64,000 nucleotides of DNA from a virus (taxonomy: Duplodnaviria > Caudoviricetes). Made by a program: the position numbers and the translations under genes. Position 1 is the stretch's first letter; every line of letters begins with the position of its first letter. Below, piece after piece: positions 10,307 through 19,845 of the stretch. The DNA is taken from the IMG/VR virus record IMGVR_UViG_3300025706_000021, positions 12,503-76,502 of that record. One strand, written 5' to 3'. The notes beneath the pieces were generated by a model. The model was given only the letters and a program-made list of their open reading frames with translations. It made no database searches and was not told the origin of the DNA.

Positions 10307-10632
10307 TTTTTTTCGCCACCTTCTGCGTCAGCAGATTCGGCAACCTCATCGTCCATTTCGCCACGCAGGAACTTGCTGATGGTGACGAGTTGTTCGATGC
10401 TCAGCTTGCGCAGGGACTTCGCCGGGCAGGACGGAACCGAGCGCTGAATCATTGCGATTGCGGCTTCGAGTTGGTCGGCAAAGGTGGATTTGTCATTCGC
10501 TTCGAGAGCGGCTGCTTCCTTGGTAGTCTCGATGAAGTTCTCGACTGTCATTTCCTCTACTTCGTACTGCTCACCATTCAGCGTCAGGGTGCGCTTCGAT
10601 TTCGAGAGGGAATCCAGATTCAGTGTCTTCAT
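10303..10632 (-). CDS. Tail assembly chaperone G
   Basis: 109 aa between tube and tape measure; ends GAA AAA AAG TAG. Confidence 0.85.
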   Translation of the reverse strand: MKTLNLDSLSKSKRTLTLNGEQYEVEEMTVENFIETTKEAAALEANDKSTFADQLEAAIAMIQRSVPSCPAKSLRKLSIEQLVTISKFLRGEMDDEVAESADAEGGEKK

Positions 10633-10660
10633 TGCTTGTTGCTCCTAGAGTTGTTAAAAC

Positions 10661-10680
10661 GGGTGCCCGAAAGCACCCGC
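10661..10680 (-). terminator. Hairpin after tail tube gene
   Basis: CGGGTGC-CCGAAA-GCACCCG followed by TTT on the minus strand. Confidence 0.55.
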
Positions 10681-10704
10681 CGCAGTCACGGGTGACTGAT
10701 GCTA

Positions 10705-11226
10705 TTAGATAGCGGTCGTATCGCCCACGGCAAACAGCTTGCCGTTGGTGTCAGGGTAGCCATTGAACTCGGTGTTGTAGATGCGCTCGTCTTCCAGCTT
10801 GTAGGCGAAGTTCAGGGCACCAGCGGTCGCGGCCTTGAAAACGGTGAAGTCTTCGGACACGTCGATGTCTGCCTTGGAGATCGGATGCAGAACCAGCGCT
10901 TGAGCGATGTCGAGCAGGTTGATGCCGACGCCGGTCGAGACGTTGACAACCTTCTTGGTCGGGGTAACGCTGTCGGTTACGAGAACGGCACCAGGCATGA
11001 TCTTGACGAGGTTATCGAGGGTGGTTTCTGCCAGCGGACACTTCACGGTCACTTCGCGACCCATGATGTATTCGTTGATCGGGGTTTTGCCAAACTGATC
11101 GACGTTCACCTTGTGGGTGTCGGTCTTCACGGTCACTTCGACGCCGCCTTTGGTGTAGCCAAGATCGATGCCATTGAACTTGATCTTGCACACGCCCAGC
11201 TTTACGTTATGAATATCACTTGCCAC
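10705..11226 (-). CDS. Major tail tube protein
   Basis: DLGYTKGGVEV, CPLAETTL; lies upstream of the chaperones. GTG start at 11226 follows AAGGAG. Confidence 0.85.
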   Translation of the reverse strand: MASDIHNVKLGVCKIKFNGIDLGYTKGGVEVTVKTDTHKVNVDQFGKTPINEYIMGREVTVKCPLAETTLDNLVKIMPGAVLVTDSVTPTKKVVNVSTGVGINLLDIAQALVLHPISKADIDVSEDFTVFKAATAGALNFAYKLEDERIYNTEFNGYPDTNGKLFAVGDTTAI

Positions 11227-11270
11227 GTTTTTTGCTCCTTGCAAAGAGTTGGAAATAAGTCACGTCTGAC

Positions 11271-11660
11271 TTACTCGGCGACTATACCATAAATCGCCGA
11301 AAAATTCACGCTGAATTCGGTATTTCCGCCTACAGATGGTTGATATGAAACAGGTTCCGTCAAGGGGCGAATGATTTTGACGGTCATTCCAGGAAGATCG
11401 ACCTCCTTCATAGTCAGGAGGGCAGATGCTTCTTCCGCGAGGGCTTTCACTTGGGAATAGTTTTTCCCACGCACCGCCATCTGAAAGCGACCGCGACGCA
11501 GTGCTGGAATTTCACCATCGATCTCGATCCCCGAGAAGCTGTCCTTGAGCATAAGGCCAAGTGGAATTTCGAAAGGCATCTTGTTGATGAACAGCGTACT
11601 TCCCTGCTTGAGAACCGAAATGTTCTCTTCCAGGTAATCGATTAGAGGCTCGAAAATCAT
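11271..11660 (-). CDS. Putative tail terminator / minor capsid-like protein
   Basis: 129 aa directly upstream of the tube gene; FQMAVRG...FSVNF pattern. Confidence 0.6.
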   Translation of the reverse strand: MIFEPLIDYLEENISVLKQGSTLFINKMPFEIPLGLMLKDSFSGIEIDGEIPALRRGRFQMAVRGKNYSQVKALAEEASALLTMKEVDLPGMTVKIIRPLTEPVSYQPSVGGNTEFSVNFSAIYGIVAE

Positions 11661-12148
11661 TTGATCGAATCCTTGATGATCTGACGGGCGCGGTAGTAAA
11701 TCTGCGGGCGATGTTCCTCAACCGCGCGTTCGAGAAACTTGCCACCAACGTCATGTCCCGAAGCTGCCTTCTTGCGCGAGTATCGGTACGGATATTTCGG
11801 GTTGTAGATGTCGCCAGCGAACCCGCTGCCATACGGGGCAAGCCCTTCGTGCATCAGAAGCATGTATTCGCCGACCGGTGTTCCATCTGGCTTTGCGCGC
11901 GACCCGTCGATATAGACGAACACCTCGGAACGACCGTTGATACCGGTGCGCTGAGATTCGCAAGTGATTGCGGACTCAAGAGTCCCGCCATCTTCATCAT
12001 CGGGCGCTACAGGCGCGTTGCTGCGGGCTTTGTCGCGAATCACCATGCCCTGCTCTTTCATCATGGCCGCCACACCGCGATGGGCACGGTCGCCGATCTG
12101 TTCGATCTTGGCGAGAATGCCCTCGATGTCACATCGGACTTCACTCAA
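11657..12148 (-). CDS. Neck/tail completion protein (HK97 gp10-like); start uncertain
   Basis: ARSNAPV..GTLESAI, GGKFLERAVEE; synteny. Confidence 0.65.
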   Translation of the reverse strand: MSEVRCDIEGILAKIEQIGDRAHRGVAAMMKEQGMVIRDKARSNAPVAPDDEDGGTLESAITCESQRTGINGRSEVFVYIDGSRAKPDGTPVGEYMLLMHEGLAPYGSGFAGDIYNPKYPYRYSRKKAASGHDVGGKFLERAVEEHRPQIYYRARQIIKDSIK

Positions 12149-12485
12149 TCGAACACCCGACCTCGTAATGATCCAGGCGGCCCATGACATCCATGCGGTG
12201 ACGAACGGAAATAACCCTGAGTTGCATACCACGCAGGGTGATGACCGAATCGAACTCGGGCTGAATCTTCTTGCTCAGCAACAGCACAGCATCCGCGACC
12301 AGTTCATCAGCATGCCCTCGGGTTGCCCCGCTGTCAGCGCGAACGGTAGAGTGCTGTACCTTCCCCATGAGCTTCACAATGGCGCACACAGAGGGCACGG
12401 GAACGCTGAATTTGGGCGCTCCATAAACGTCGTTGCTCGTCTTCACCGACACCTTGCAGGGCACGTTCATTGTGATTACAGGCAT
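12141..12485 (-). CDS. Head-closure/head-tail joining protein
   Basis: 114 aa beta-rich, DVYGAP, GRLDHYEV; synteny. Confidence 0.6.
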   Translation of the reverse strand: MPVITMNVPCKVSVKTSNDVYGAPKFSVPVPSVCAIVKLMGKVQHSTVRADSGATRGHADELVADAVLLLSKKIQPEFDSVITLRGMQLRVISVRHRMDVMGRLDHYEVGCSIE

Positions 12486-12486
12486 G

Positions 12487-13239
12487 TTATGACCTTGTTA
12501 GGCGAACGCGGGTGGAGACGAACTTCGCCAGTTCTTTCATCGCACGTTTGCAGACCGCGCCTTCGATTGCCTTTGCTGGGCGGAAGAATTGCTTCGCTTC
12601 ACCAACGGACATCGACATCAGGCCAGCGCGGCGGTACTCACCAATGGCGTCACCACCAAGCAGAAAGTCGGCTTCGAGGATCTGAGCGCGACAGATTGCG
12701 CTCTTGAAGTCAGCCGGTAGGGAATTCCATTGATCGACGCTCGCGAGCGTCAGATTCTGGTACGCATCGAAGACGTAGCGAAAACGAAGCTGTTCGATGT
12801 TTCTGCGTGCCGCGATCAGCGCTGCGATACGTTGCGCCTTCGTGTTCTCGTTCCAACCTGGAAGGTTGGGAATTTCGTAAGAGAGAAAAACAGCCTTGTT
12901 GTACGACTGAAAGCTATTTACACCCTCAACAAGCACCTCGTCCGACTCGACTTGATACCCGTATTCGGACTTGATTGTTCCAACCTCGGTCAGAATGTAT
13001 AGCTCGACAACGCGCAGCGCCCTGAATTCGTCAGGGGCGAGCGTGTTGTGTTGGGCGGGAATCTGAATGGTTACAGACTCGTCGCCCTCGGCGAATGTAG
13101 CAGCAGTCCTGGCGACCAGCACCGTTTCGTTTTGGTCGATAAGTCGATACTCGACCGACTGAGCGACGATTGGCAATCCGTCAGCATCGACAATCGGAAT
13201 ACTGACGGTGACGGGCGTGCCGCCAAGATATGCTTGCAT
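12487..13239 (-). CDS. Head-tail adaptor-like virion protein
   Basis: Position in the neck module; C-terminal SMSVGEAKQFF resembles adaptor proteins. Confidence 0.5.
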   Translation of the reverse strand: MQAYLGGTPVTVSIPIVDADGLPIVAQSVEYRLIDQNETVLVARTAATFAEGDESVTIQIPAQHNTLAPDEFRALRVVELYILTEVGTIKSEYGYQVESDEVLVEGVNSFQSYNKAVFLSYEIPNLPGWNENTKAQRIAALIAARRNIEQLRFRYVFDAYQNLTLASVDQWNSLPADFKSAICRAQILEADFLLGGDAIGEYRRAGLMSMSVGEAKQFFRPAKAIEGAVCKRAMKELAKFVSTRVRLTRS

Positions 13240-13241
13240 TG

Positions 13242-13760
13242 TTATTCGCCTTCGTTCTTGCCAGCGCCGTCGTCAGACTGACCTTCAGGCAGCATTTCAG
13301 CAACCGGTGCAGCCGGAGCTTGCTTTTCGAGAATCAGTTCGATCAGCTTCGCAATACTGGTGCCCTTGACTTCGAGCTTGTCGCCAATTTCACGCAGAGC
13401 AGCGATACCGCCCTTGTCGGCGACACCTTCTAGCTCTTCTTTGGAATACTGCTTGAGCGGTTCAGACATGAGTTCCGCAATCAGGGAGACTTCGGACGGG
13501 GTAAGCACGGGAGTTCCCGCCAGAATCTCTTCCATCGTTTGCAGGTTTTGGGAAATGCACGGCTTGTTTTGCATATCCGCATCCAGTTCAAGCGCACCGA
13601 CGCTTTCACCGCTCTCTTCTTCGACCACGCGGATATTCCCGCTGATGATGTTTGCCTCGATGTGCGAAACGTCACCGACGCTCACGCCATTTTCGAAGAG
13701 GACGATGCCAAGATTGCCAGAGAAGCCTTCCCAGCCCGGTTCTGTGATTTTCAGTTTCAT
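13242..13760 (-). CDS. Virion-associated hypothetical protein
   Basis: 172 aa directly after the capsid gene; acidic, with a short helical C-terminal block (LEGVADKGGIAALREIG). Confidence 0.6.
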   Translation of the reverse strand: MKLKITEPGWEGFSGNLGIVLFENGVSVGDVSHIEANIISGNIRVVEEESGESVGALELDADMQNKPCISQNLQTMEEILAGTPVLTPSEVSLIAELMSEPLKQYSKEELEGVADKGGIAALREIGDKLEVKGTSIAKLIELILEKQAPAAPVAEMLPEGQSDDGAGKNEGE

Positions 13761-13778
13761 TGATTTTCCTTCGGATGT

Positions 13779-13806
13779 AAAAAAGGCGAGGGGGAAACCC
13801 CTCGCC
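13779..13806 (-). terminator. Rho-independent terminator after major capsid gene
   Basis: 9-bp stem GGCGAGGGG/CCCCTCGCC with 4-nt loop, followed by T6 on the minus strand. Confidence 0.8.
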
Positions 13807-13833
13807 CCTGTAAGGCAGTCAGTCGTGACTGAC

Positions 13834-14802
13834 TTAGACGTTCGTGATACCAGCCAGGCGGGCCAGCGACTTGCTCGACTTCAGAGCAGCGCCGCAGTAC
13901 CACTTGACGCGGATGCGGTCGGCATCCTTGTTTTGCACGGTGCCGATGGACTCGACACGCAGACCGGCGTCGGCGCCGCCATACAGACCATGCAGGCCAT
14001 CAACTTCGTTCAGGCGAGCAGCGTAGATGGAGCAGGTTGCGCCACCAGTTTGCGAGGTGACGGCACCAGCGGTCATCGTTTCGACGCCCGGCAGGAAGTC
14101 ATTCACGATGATAGGCACGCCATTGTGGGTCAGCATCGGGCGACCGAAGTTTTCCATCATGACTTCAGCGGCGGAGGTGCCACCACCAGTGGTACGCATC
14201 AGAGTGCGGAAGGCGCGAACCGTGCCGCGACGCATAATCAGACAGTCGGCGCCGTTCGGAACGGTGTCGAGCAGTTGGTCGAGCATCGAGAGGGTCAGAG
14301 CGGCACCGGTGCCGCCAGCGGAGACGGTTTGAGCGGCGCTGGAGTCGGCGTTGGTCATCAGAGCAGCCAGACCGTCGAACTGCTTGGCGTTCGAACCGTT
14401 GTTGCCGTTGGCCAGGGCGTCGTGGTACAGGCGACCGACGGCCTTTGCCTTCTTGGCGATTTGCGTGGAGAGTTGGTCGTTGGTGTCGGATTCGGTTTCT
14501 TGCAGGAACTTATCGACATCCACATCACCAGCGATGATGCGCAGCTTGGCGATGATTTCCTTGAACGGCACAGCGCCTTCGATCACGGTATCGTTCGGAT
14601 CGAGGAAGGTCGGCAGACCGGAACCCTGGGTGACGTTGTTCTGTGCGCCAGTGTCTTCACGGTGGTAGACATAAGCCTTGGAATTGACACGAACGAACGG
14701 GAGAACGGAGAACAGGTCATCACGTTCGATGATTTCATCGATAACGCCAGCAACCATTTGGTTGTTCGACAGCTTATCGGCTTCTACTTTCAACAGCGGC
14801 AT
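13834..14802 (-). CDS. Major capsid protein (HK97 fold)
   Basis: 322 aa after the scaffold; GDVDVDKFL, FDGLAAL, RVKWYCG. Confidence 0.9.
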   Translation of the reverse strand: MPLLKVEADKLSNNQMVAGVIDEIIERDDLFSVLPFVRVNSKAYVYHREDTGAQNNVTQGSGLPTFLDPNDTVIEGAVPFKEIIAKLRIIAGDVDVDKFLQETESDTNDQLSTQIAKKAKAVGRLYHDALANGNNGSNAKQFDGLAALMTNADSSAAQTVSAGGTGAALTLSMLDQLLDTVPNGADCLIMRRGTVRAFRTLMRTTGGGTSAAEVMMENFGRPMLTHNGVPIIVNDFLPGVETMTAGAVTSQTGGATCSIYAARLNEVDGLHGLYGGADAGLRVESIGTVQNKDADRIRVKWYCGAALKSSKSLARLAGITNV

Positions 14803-14877
14803 TTTGTTCCTTTTCTAAGAGAATTTGGATTCACTTCAATTGCGTCACGGCAATCAACTTCTCAGGTCTCTTAGAGT

Positions 14878-14934
14878 AAGTCATCGCTGACTGAATCAGG
14901 AGGCGAATATATACCATTCGCCTCCTGTCGTCAA
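14878..14934 (-). promoter_or_regulatory. sigma70-like promoter for the capsid gene, inside a 12-bp inverted repeat, with a palindromic operator downstream
   Basis: TTGACG(14934-14929)-N17-TATATT(14911-14906); stem CAGGAGGCGAAT/ATTCGCCTCCTG; AAGTCA-TCGC-TGACT at 14878. Confidence 0.6.
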
Positions 14935-14937
14935 GCG

Positions 14938-15831
14938 TTATTTCTTGCCGAGTGCACCCTTGCTCAAAGCAGCGGCAATGCGGTCTTTGCCGGTCGGTTG
15001 CTCGAAGCGTTGGTCAGCGGTTTTCGCGTTTGTTACGGTCTTGCTTCCCGCGCCTGTCTTCAGCTTGCTCTTCAGCAGTTGGGCAGCGTCAGGATCGTTG
15101 CGAACGATCTTCTCGATAGCTGCCTCGAAACTGAGCGGGTCGCCCTTTGCATCGACCAAAGCAACGCGGGTCGAATCACCAGCGGGCTTGTCGTAAGCAA
15201 CGACGCCATCTTCGGAAAACTCGAAGTGGGCACCGAACAGCGCGCGGGCCTTGCCTGGCGCGATCAGTTCGTTCTTGATGAAGTCAGACGACGCGAAGGC
15301 ATTGCCAACCGTGAGTTCGCCGATCTTCTTTTCGAGCTTTTGCAGCTTGGTTTCGCGCTCGGAAATTTGCGATGCGAGCGTGGCCTTTTCCTTTTCGTGG
15401 CCTTCGACCATCTGCTTCTTCAGGCTATCCCACTGGCCCTTTTCTTCCAGCTTGCGGGTTTCCTCGCTTTGCTTTTCAGCAAGCAGGGCGCGCACGCCGT
15501 CAGCGTCGATGCCGTCGAACTTCTTGACCTGAGCTTCCAGCGCGGCGATCTTGTCGCTCGCTTCTTTCAGCTTGGTCTTCTTGTCCATCACTTCCTTGAG
15601 CAGACGCGCTTCTTCGTCGCTCGGGCCGGTTTTGCCAGCAGCTTTCGCGGCTTCAGCTTCGGCAGCAGCTTTCGCGGCTTCAGCTTCGGCAGCGGCTTTT
15701 GCAGCTTCAGCTTCGGCGGCAGCCTTTGCGGCGTCATCGCCAGCGTTCCCACTAGCGCTACCCTCGGTGCCATCACCAGCTTGATCCATGTAGCCGAGAT
15801 TTCCGAGCATGCGTTTCAACAGATAGTTCAT
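14938..15831 (-). CDS. Capsid scaffolding protein
   Basis: Coiled-coil, Ala/Glu/Lys-rich, lies between portal and capsid. Confidence 0.8.
   Translation of the reverse strand: MNYLLKRMLGNLGYMDQAGDGTEGSASGNAGDDAAKAAAEAEAAKAAAEAEAAKAAAEAEAAKAAGKTGPSDEEARLLKEVMDKKTKLKEASDKIAALEAQVKKFDGIDADGVRALLAEKQSEETRKLEEKGQWDSLKKQMVEGHEKEKATLASQISERETKLQKLEKKIGELTVGNAFASSDFIKNELIAPGKARALFGAHFEFSEDGVVAYDKPAGDSTRVALVDAKGDPLSFEAAIEKIVRNDPDAAQLLKSKLKTGAGSKTVTNAKTADQRFEQPTGKDRIAAALSKGALGKK
15641..15721 (-). repeat. 3 x 27-bp tandem repeat encoding AAEAEAAKA
   Basis: GCTTTCGCGGCTTCAGCTTCGGCAGCA at 15641 and 15668, variant at 15695. Confidence 0.9.
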
Positions 15832-15895
15832 TTGTTTCCTTTCAGACCAGTCTCTTGGTCATCGTTGTGTTTGAGCGAGATTCACTTCTCGCCGG

Positions 15896-17473
15896 TTATT
15901 TCGGAGACTTCTTGGCTTGCGCTTTCGAGGTTTCCTGTTTCATCACCCCACCCACCGTAGTTGCCGATCCTTCCGGTTTTGGCTTTCCTGTAGCTGGGTC
16001 GATTGCTTCTGGCTTTGGCGGCCATGTCTTGAGTTCAGCAATCATCTTCTTGCGCAAATCAGCCTTGAGTTGCGGGAATAGCTTGTCGATCAGGGATTCC
16101 ATCTGCTGACGACGCACGCTCTCTGGTGCGGCAATCAGAGACAGTTGGTTTGCGATTCCGAATTCATCGTGAAGGCCGCGCACGTCGAAGTTGTCGGGGT
16201 AGGAAACAAGGTCGTCACTTACCGTTTCGCCAGACCACGCGGCAACAAACTTGCACAGCTTGTTCTCAATGTCTTCGAGTGAGTCAGCCTTCGCAGCGAG
16301 CAGTGAATTCACACGCTCGAAGTCGTAGGCTTTTGCGACACCAGACGAGTTGTCGATACCTTGGGAGTTGTCTTCCTTGGTACGCTCACCAGCCAGGCCG
16401 ACCGTGTGGTAAATCTCATTCACGATCTTCGAGATCACCGCCAGGATGACCTCCGCCTGCTTTACGTCAGGGCTGATGTACTCGGGCTTGCCGCCACCTT
16501 CGCCATCGAAGGTGAATGCGCGCTTGGTGCCCATTTCAATCAGCTTGTCGTATCCGGTTTCGCCAGGAACAAGCCCTTGCGCCGGAATGACCAACTGACT
16601 GAAGGTTTGATCCTGAATGATGGCATCCAGGTTCGAAAGGTAGTTCGCAACGGCGCGGTCGAGATATGCGACATCATCGATCAGCGACGGTGAGGTGTAT
16701 TGCTCGTCAGAGCAGATTGTGTTATTCGCGGCGAAGACAGGCACGAATCCGAGATCGTGGGTGTAAGGCCCATCTACCTCGATGGTGACTTTTTGACCGT
16801 TTTTGTTCGCGGTGAATAGCGTCCAGGTGTCGCGTTCCCAAAGACGATAGCGATCAATCATCTTTCCGCTTGATGTGATCGGGTCTTCGTCATCGCGAAC
16901 CTGCTCATGAATCAGAATCCAGTTCAGTTCGCCTTCGTCGTCATACGACATATCAAGCGCATGCTCCGGCGTGACGATGTACGAATAGGTGCGGGCAATG
17001 CCGTCCTTCTCGTCTGCCTTGGATACAACTTTCGGGGTCTCGCCCTCTTCCGTCTCGCCAGTTCTGGTGCTATCGACAACAACCCACACGCGCCCATAGG
17101 TGGAGGCGCGATTCGACACGCGCTTCGCGTAATCCTGGATCGACATCTTGTTCAGGGTCGCTTCTTTCCAGAACTTCTTGACCGACTCGGGGGAATCTTC
17201 CGAGCGCTTGATTTCCATCTTGAAGATGTACTTATCGACCAGATCCACTACCTCGCGGGTGTGGTTGAATCGATATGCGCGCTCGACGCGATCCTTGTAT
17301 TCCTTATCGCCTTCCTTGATGTAGCGGAAGATGTTTTTGTCGAACCACTCGCGACCACCCTCATAGCAGTCCTCCAGAAACTCCCAATGCGGCAAGGTTT
17401 CTGTGTACTCAGGGTGACGGCGCTCAAGAAACTTCTTGAGCATTCTCTGATTGGCTTCTTCGGACGATTTCAT
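15896..17473 (-). CDS. Portal protein
   Basis: About 525 aa directly after TerL; SGVAKAYDF motif; ATG 17473 follows GAGGT. Confidence 0.9.
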   Translation of the reverse strand: MKSSEEANQRMLKKFLERRHPEYTETLPHWEFLEDCYEGGREWFDKNIFRYIKEGDKEYKDRVERAYRFNHTREVVDLVDKYIFKMEIKRSEDSPESVKKFWKEATLNKMSIQDYAKRVSNRASTYGRVWVVVDSTRTGETEEGETPKVVSKADEKDGIARTYSYIVTPEHALDMSYDDEGELNWILIHEQVRDDEDPITSSGKMIDRYRLWERDTWTLFTANKNGQKVTIEVDGPYTHDLGFVPVFAANNTICSDEQYTSPSLIDDVAYLDRAVANYLSNLDAIIQDQTFSQLVIPAQGLVPGETGYDKLIEMGTKRAFTFDGEGGGKPEYISPDVKQAEVILAVISKIVNEIYHTVGLAGERTKEDNSQGIDNSSGVAKAYDFERVNSLLAAKADSLEDIENKLCKFVAAWSGETVSDDLVSYPDNFDVRGLHDEFGIANQLSLIAAPESVRRQQMESLIDKLFPQLKADLRKKMIAELKTWPPKPEAIDPATGKPKPEGSATTVGGVMKQETSKAQAKKSPK

Positions 17474-17511
17474 TTGCGGAATATACCTCACGGGTGACTT
17501 ACTTGCAAGCC

Positions 17512-18762
17512 TTATATTGACACGCCAGCAATTTCAATTTTACGAACCGGGAACTGGTAGTGAATGCAGTAACCAAGGGCATCGCCGCTGTGTTCGACAT
17601 CTGCATCCTTGTCGATCTCACGGCACCCTTTCTTGTAGATCGTCTGCTCAAGCGAAGCGATCAGGTGACGACACTTTGGGTCGATATACAAGCGAATCTT
17701 CCCATCAGCAGCCTTGAGCATGCGATTGACCGCATTGACGCGATCAGCAATGGGCGGGTGCTTGCGGTGAAAGCGCTGTTTCTTGAATCCACGCTCCCTG
17801 AAGATGTCCAGGTCAGACTCCCCGCGCGCATGCTGACGATAAGCACCGGCAGGGTCAGGGAACAGAAACACGTTGTCGATGTTGCGCCAATATCTACGCT
17901 CAAGCTCGTCGCAAACCTCTTCCGTGTTCGATCCGCGCAGCACGATTTCATCGACCACCCAAACGCTTCCATCTTCTTGCGGCTGAATGATGACGCTCGA
18001 CATTGGGTCAATGTTGAAGTCTTGCCCTGTCCAGATCGGCAACTGCGGATTGAACGGGCAGTTCCTTACGTGGATCTTGCGATCAAACGGGTGATACACG
18101 CGGCCAGACATCGTTTCGAACGATGCGTTGAATTCCTGGTTGAAGCTCTTCTCGTCCATGTCGTGCATCGCTGCCTCGACTTCCTCGCGTGGAATGAACG
18201 GAGAGGTCATCGTCGGGAACTGCCAGGACATCCATTTACCGGCGAGAATGTTCTCGGGTTTTTGCCCGAGTACATAAAGCTCGTACAGAAAGTTGTATGC
18301 CTTTGGCGTTCCGATGAATAGCGCATGCCCGCCCGTAGATGCGAGCGTCGGACGCAAAACCTTCGACCACGCTTCTGGATCGATGTCTTGTACTTCATCC
18401 ATCACAAGAAAGTGGATACCGACACCACGCAGGGAGTCGGGATTATCTGCACCCTTGAGTTCGATGCGTGTGCCATTCACCAGCTTAACGGAGAGCGTCG
18501 TCTCATTGATCTTCGCAATCCAGCGACGCGGAATAGCCGCGATCAACTCGGGCCACATAATCTGCTTCGCCATGCGATACGACGGCGCAACATACCAAAT
18601 CAAGCGATTCTTGATTCGGGCATATTTGAGAATGCTGATCTTCGAAAGCTGTGTCTTGCCCCAGCGACGACCGGCGACGACGACCTTAAAGCGCGAGCGC
18701 GCCTTGAAGACCTCCATCTGGCGCTGGTGAAGAAACAGGTGAGAAGACAAAATCGGAGTCAT
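17512..18762 (-). CDS. Terminase large subunit
   Basis: VVVAGRRWGKT Walker A, LVMDEVQD Walker B, IGTP, nuclease GQDFN and HSGDALGY. Confidence 0.96.
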   Translation of the reverse strand: MTPILSSHLFLHQRQMEVFKARSRFKVVVAGRRWGKTQLSKISILKYARIKNRLIWYVAPSYRMAKQIMWPELIAAIPRRWIAKINETTLSVKLVNGTRIELKGADNPDSLRGVGIHFLVMDEVQDIDPEAWSKVLRPTLASTGGHALFIGTPKAYNFLYELYVLGQKPENILAGKWMSWQFPTMTSPFIPREEVEAAMHDMDEKSFNQEFNASFETMSGRVYHPFDRKIHVRNCPFNPQLPIWTGQDFNIDPMSSVIIQPQEDGSVWVVDEIVLRGSNTEEVCDELERRYWRNIDNVFLFPDPAGAYRQHARGESDLDIFRERGFKKQRFHRKHPPIADRVNAVNRMLKAADGKIRLYIDPKCRHLIASLEQTIYKKGCREIDKDADVEHSGDALGYCIHYQFPVRKIEIAGVSI

Positions 18763-19409
18763 CAGTCTTCCTCGACTCGATCTTCCTCGTTCAAGTCCTT
18801 CATTAGCTCTTCGTCGCCAAGCGGGTCATTCAGACCAAGCTCGTCATCTGCCATGAGTGAACGCTGGTGCAGTTCTTCGATGTCTTGTGCGGTGAGTTCC
18901 TGAACAACAAGCTCCGGCAGCGGCTTGTCTTCGTTTTCGTCTTCAGGACGAATTCCAAGCAGGATGTACTTTTCTTCACGCACCATCTTGAAGATGCGCG
19001 TGCCCATTTCGAGCGCCTTGAGGTCTGTCGCAATGGTGGCGAAAGCGCGATTCTCGGCCTTTGCGCGGCGAATCGTGTCCCACGTCAGTTTGCCGATCAC
19101 ATCGATGTATCGAAACTGCTCCTCCTTGCTGTCCTTAATTCGCTTCGCGAGAATGGTCGCATCATCAACAAGCAGCTTATCGACTGCCTCTTTGACCTTT
19201 GCCTCTGTAGCGGCTTTATCGGAACCCTTCTCGATCCCACTTTCCTTGAATAGACGCAGGAAGGTGGTGCGATCACGCTTAAAGCGAATCGCCAGGTCAT
19301 CGACAGTTACCGTTCCAGATTTCCAGAGAGTTATCGCTTCGGCCTTCTCGGCAGCCGTCAGGTGTCGAACCCGTGCGCGCTTTTTCTCCGGCTTTGTTTC
19401 TTCAGCCAT
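18762..19409 (-). CDS. Terminase small subunit (putative)
   Basis: N-terminal HTH-like segment, acidic tail, directly coupled to TerL. Confidence 0.7.
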   Translation of the reverse strand: MAEETKPEKKRARVRHLTAAEKAEAITLWKSGTVTVDDLAIRFKRDRTTFLRLFKESGIEKGSDKAATEAKVKEAVDKLLVDDATILAKRIKDSKEEQFRYIDVIGKLTWDTIRRAKAENRAFATIATDLKALEMGTRIFKMVREEKYILLGIRPEDENEDKPLPELVVQELTAQDIEELHQRSLMADDELGLNDPLGDEELMKDLNEEDRVEED

Positions 19410-19424
19410 TGTCTTTTCCTAGAC

Positions 19425-19454
19425 AAAAAAATGGACGCGAAGTGGTCGCGTCCA
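19425..19454 (-). terminator. Intrinsic terminator immediately upstream of terS
   Basis: TGGACGCGA-CCACT-TCGCGTCCA followed by T7 on the minus strand. Confidence 0.75.
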
Positions 19455-19488
19455 GGATCGGAGGAGAACTACCATGCAACAGGGCAGG

Positions 19489-19530
19489 ACTGTATCCTAC
19501 TTCCGCAACATTGTCAATCAGTCGTGACTT
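19489..19530 (-). promoter_or_regulatory. sigma70 promoter with operator overlapping the -35
   Basis: TTGACA(19517-19512)-N17-TACAGT(19494-19489); AATCA-GTCG-TGACTT at 19516. Confidence 0.75.
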
Positions 19531-19845
19531 ACCATTGAAGCGGAACAAATCCCCTCCCGCGACCTTCGTTGAAAATTCCTGAAGAACAGGAAACTGGTGA
19601 AATAATGACATTGACAACCTTATAGAATTTTATGAATATGGAATGCAAAAATCTCTCTTTACTCCCGCGATCTGCTTGAAAAACAGTAAGTTAGAGAGAT
19701 TTTGGCGTTTACTTGGGAAGTTTTTGCATTCCCCTATATATATACACCCTTCAACTTCTTTACTTCTTAACTTTGTAAAACTCAAAATGTGAAAATTTAT
19801 GCAGAATGTATAATGTTGAAAACTTCCCAAGTAAGCTCCGGGTGA

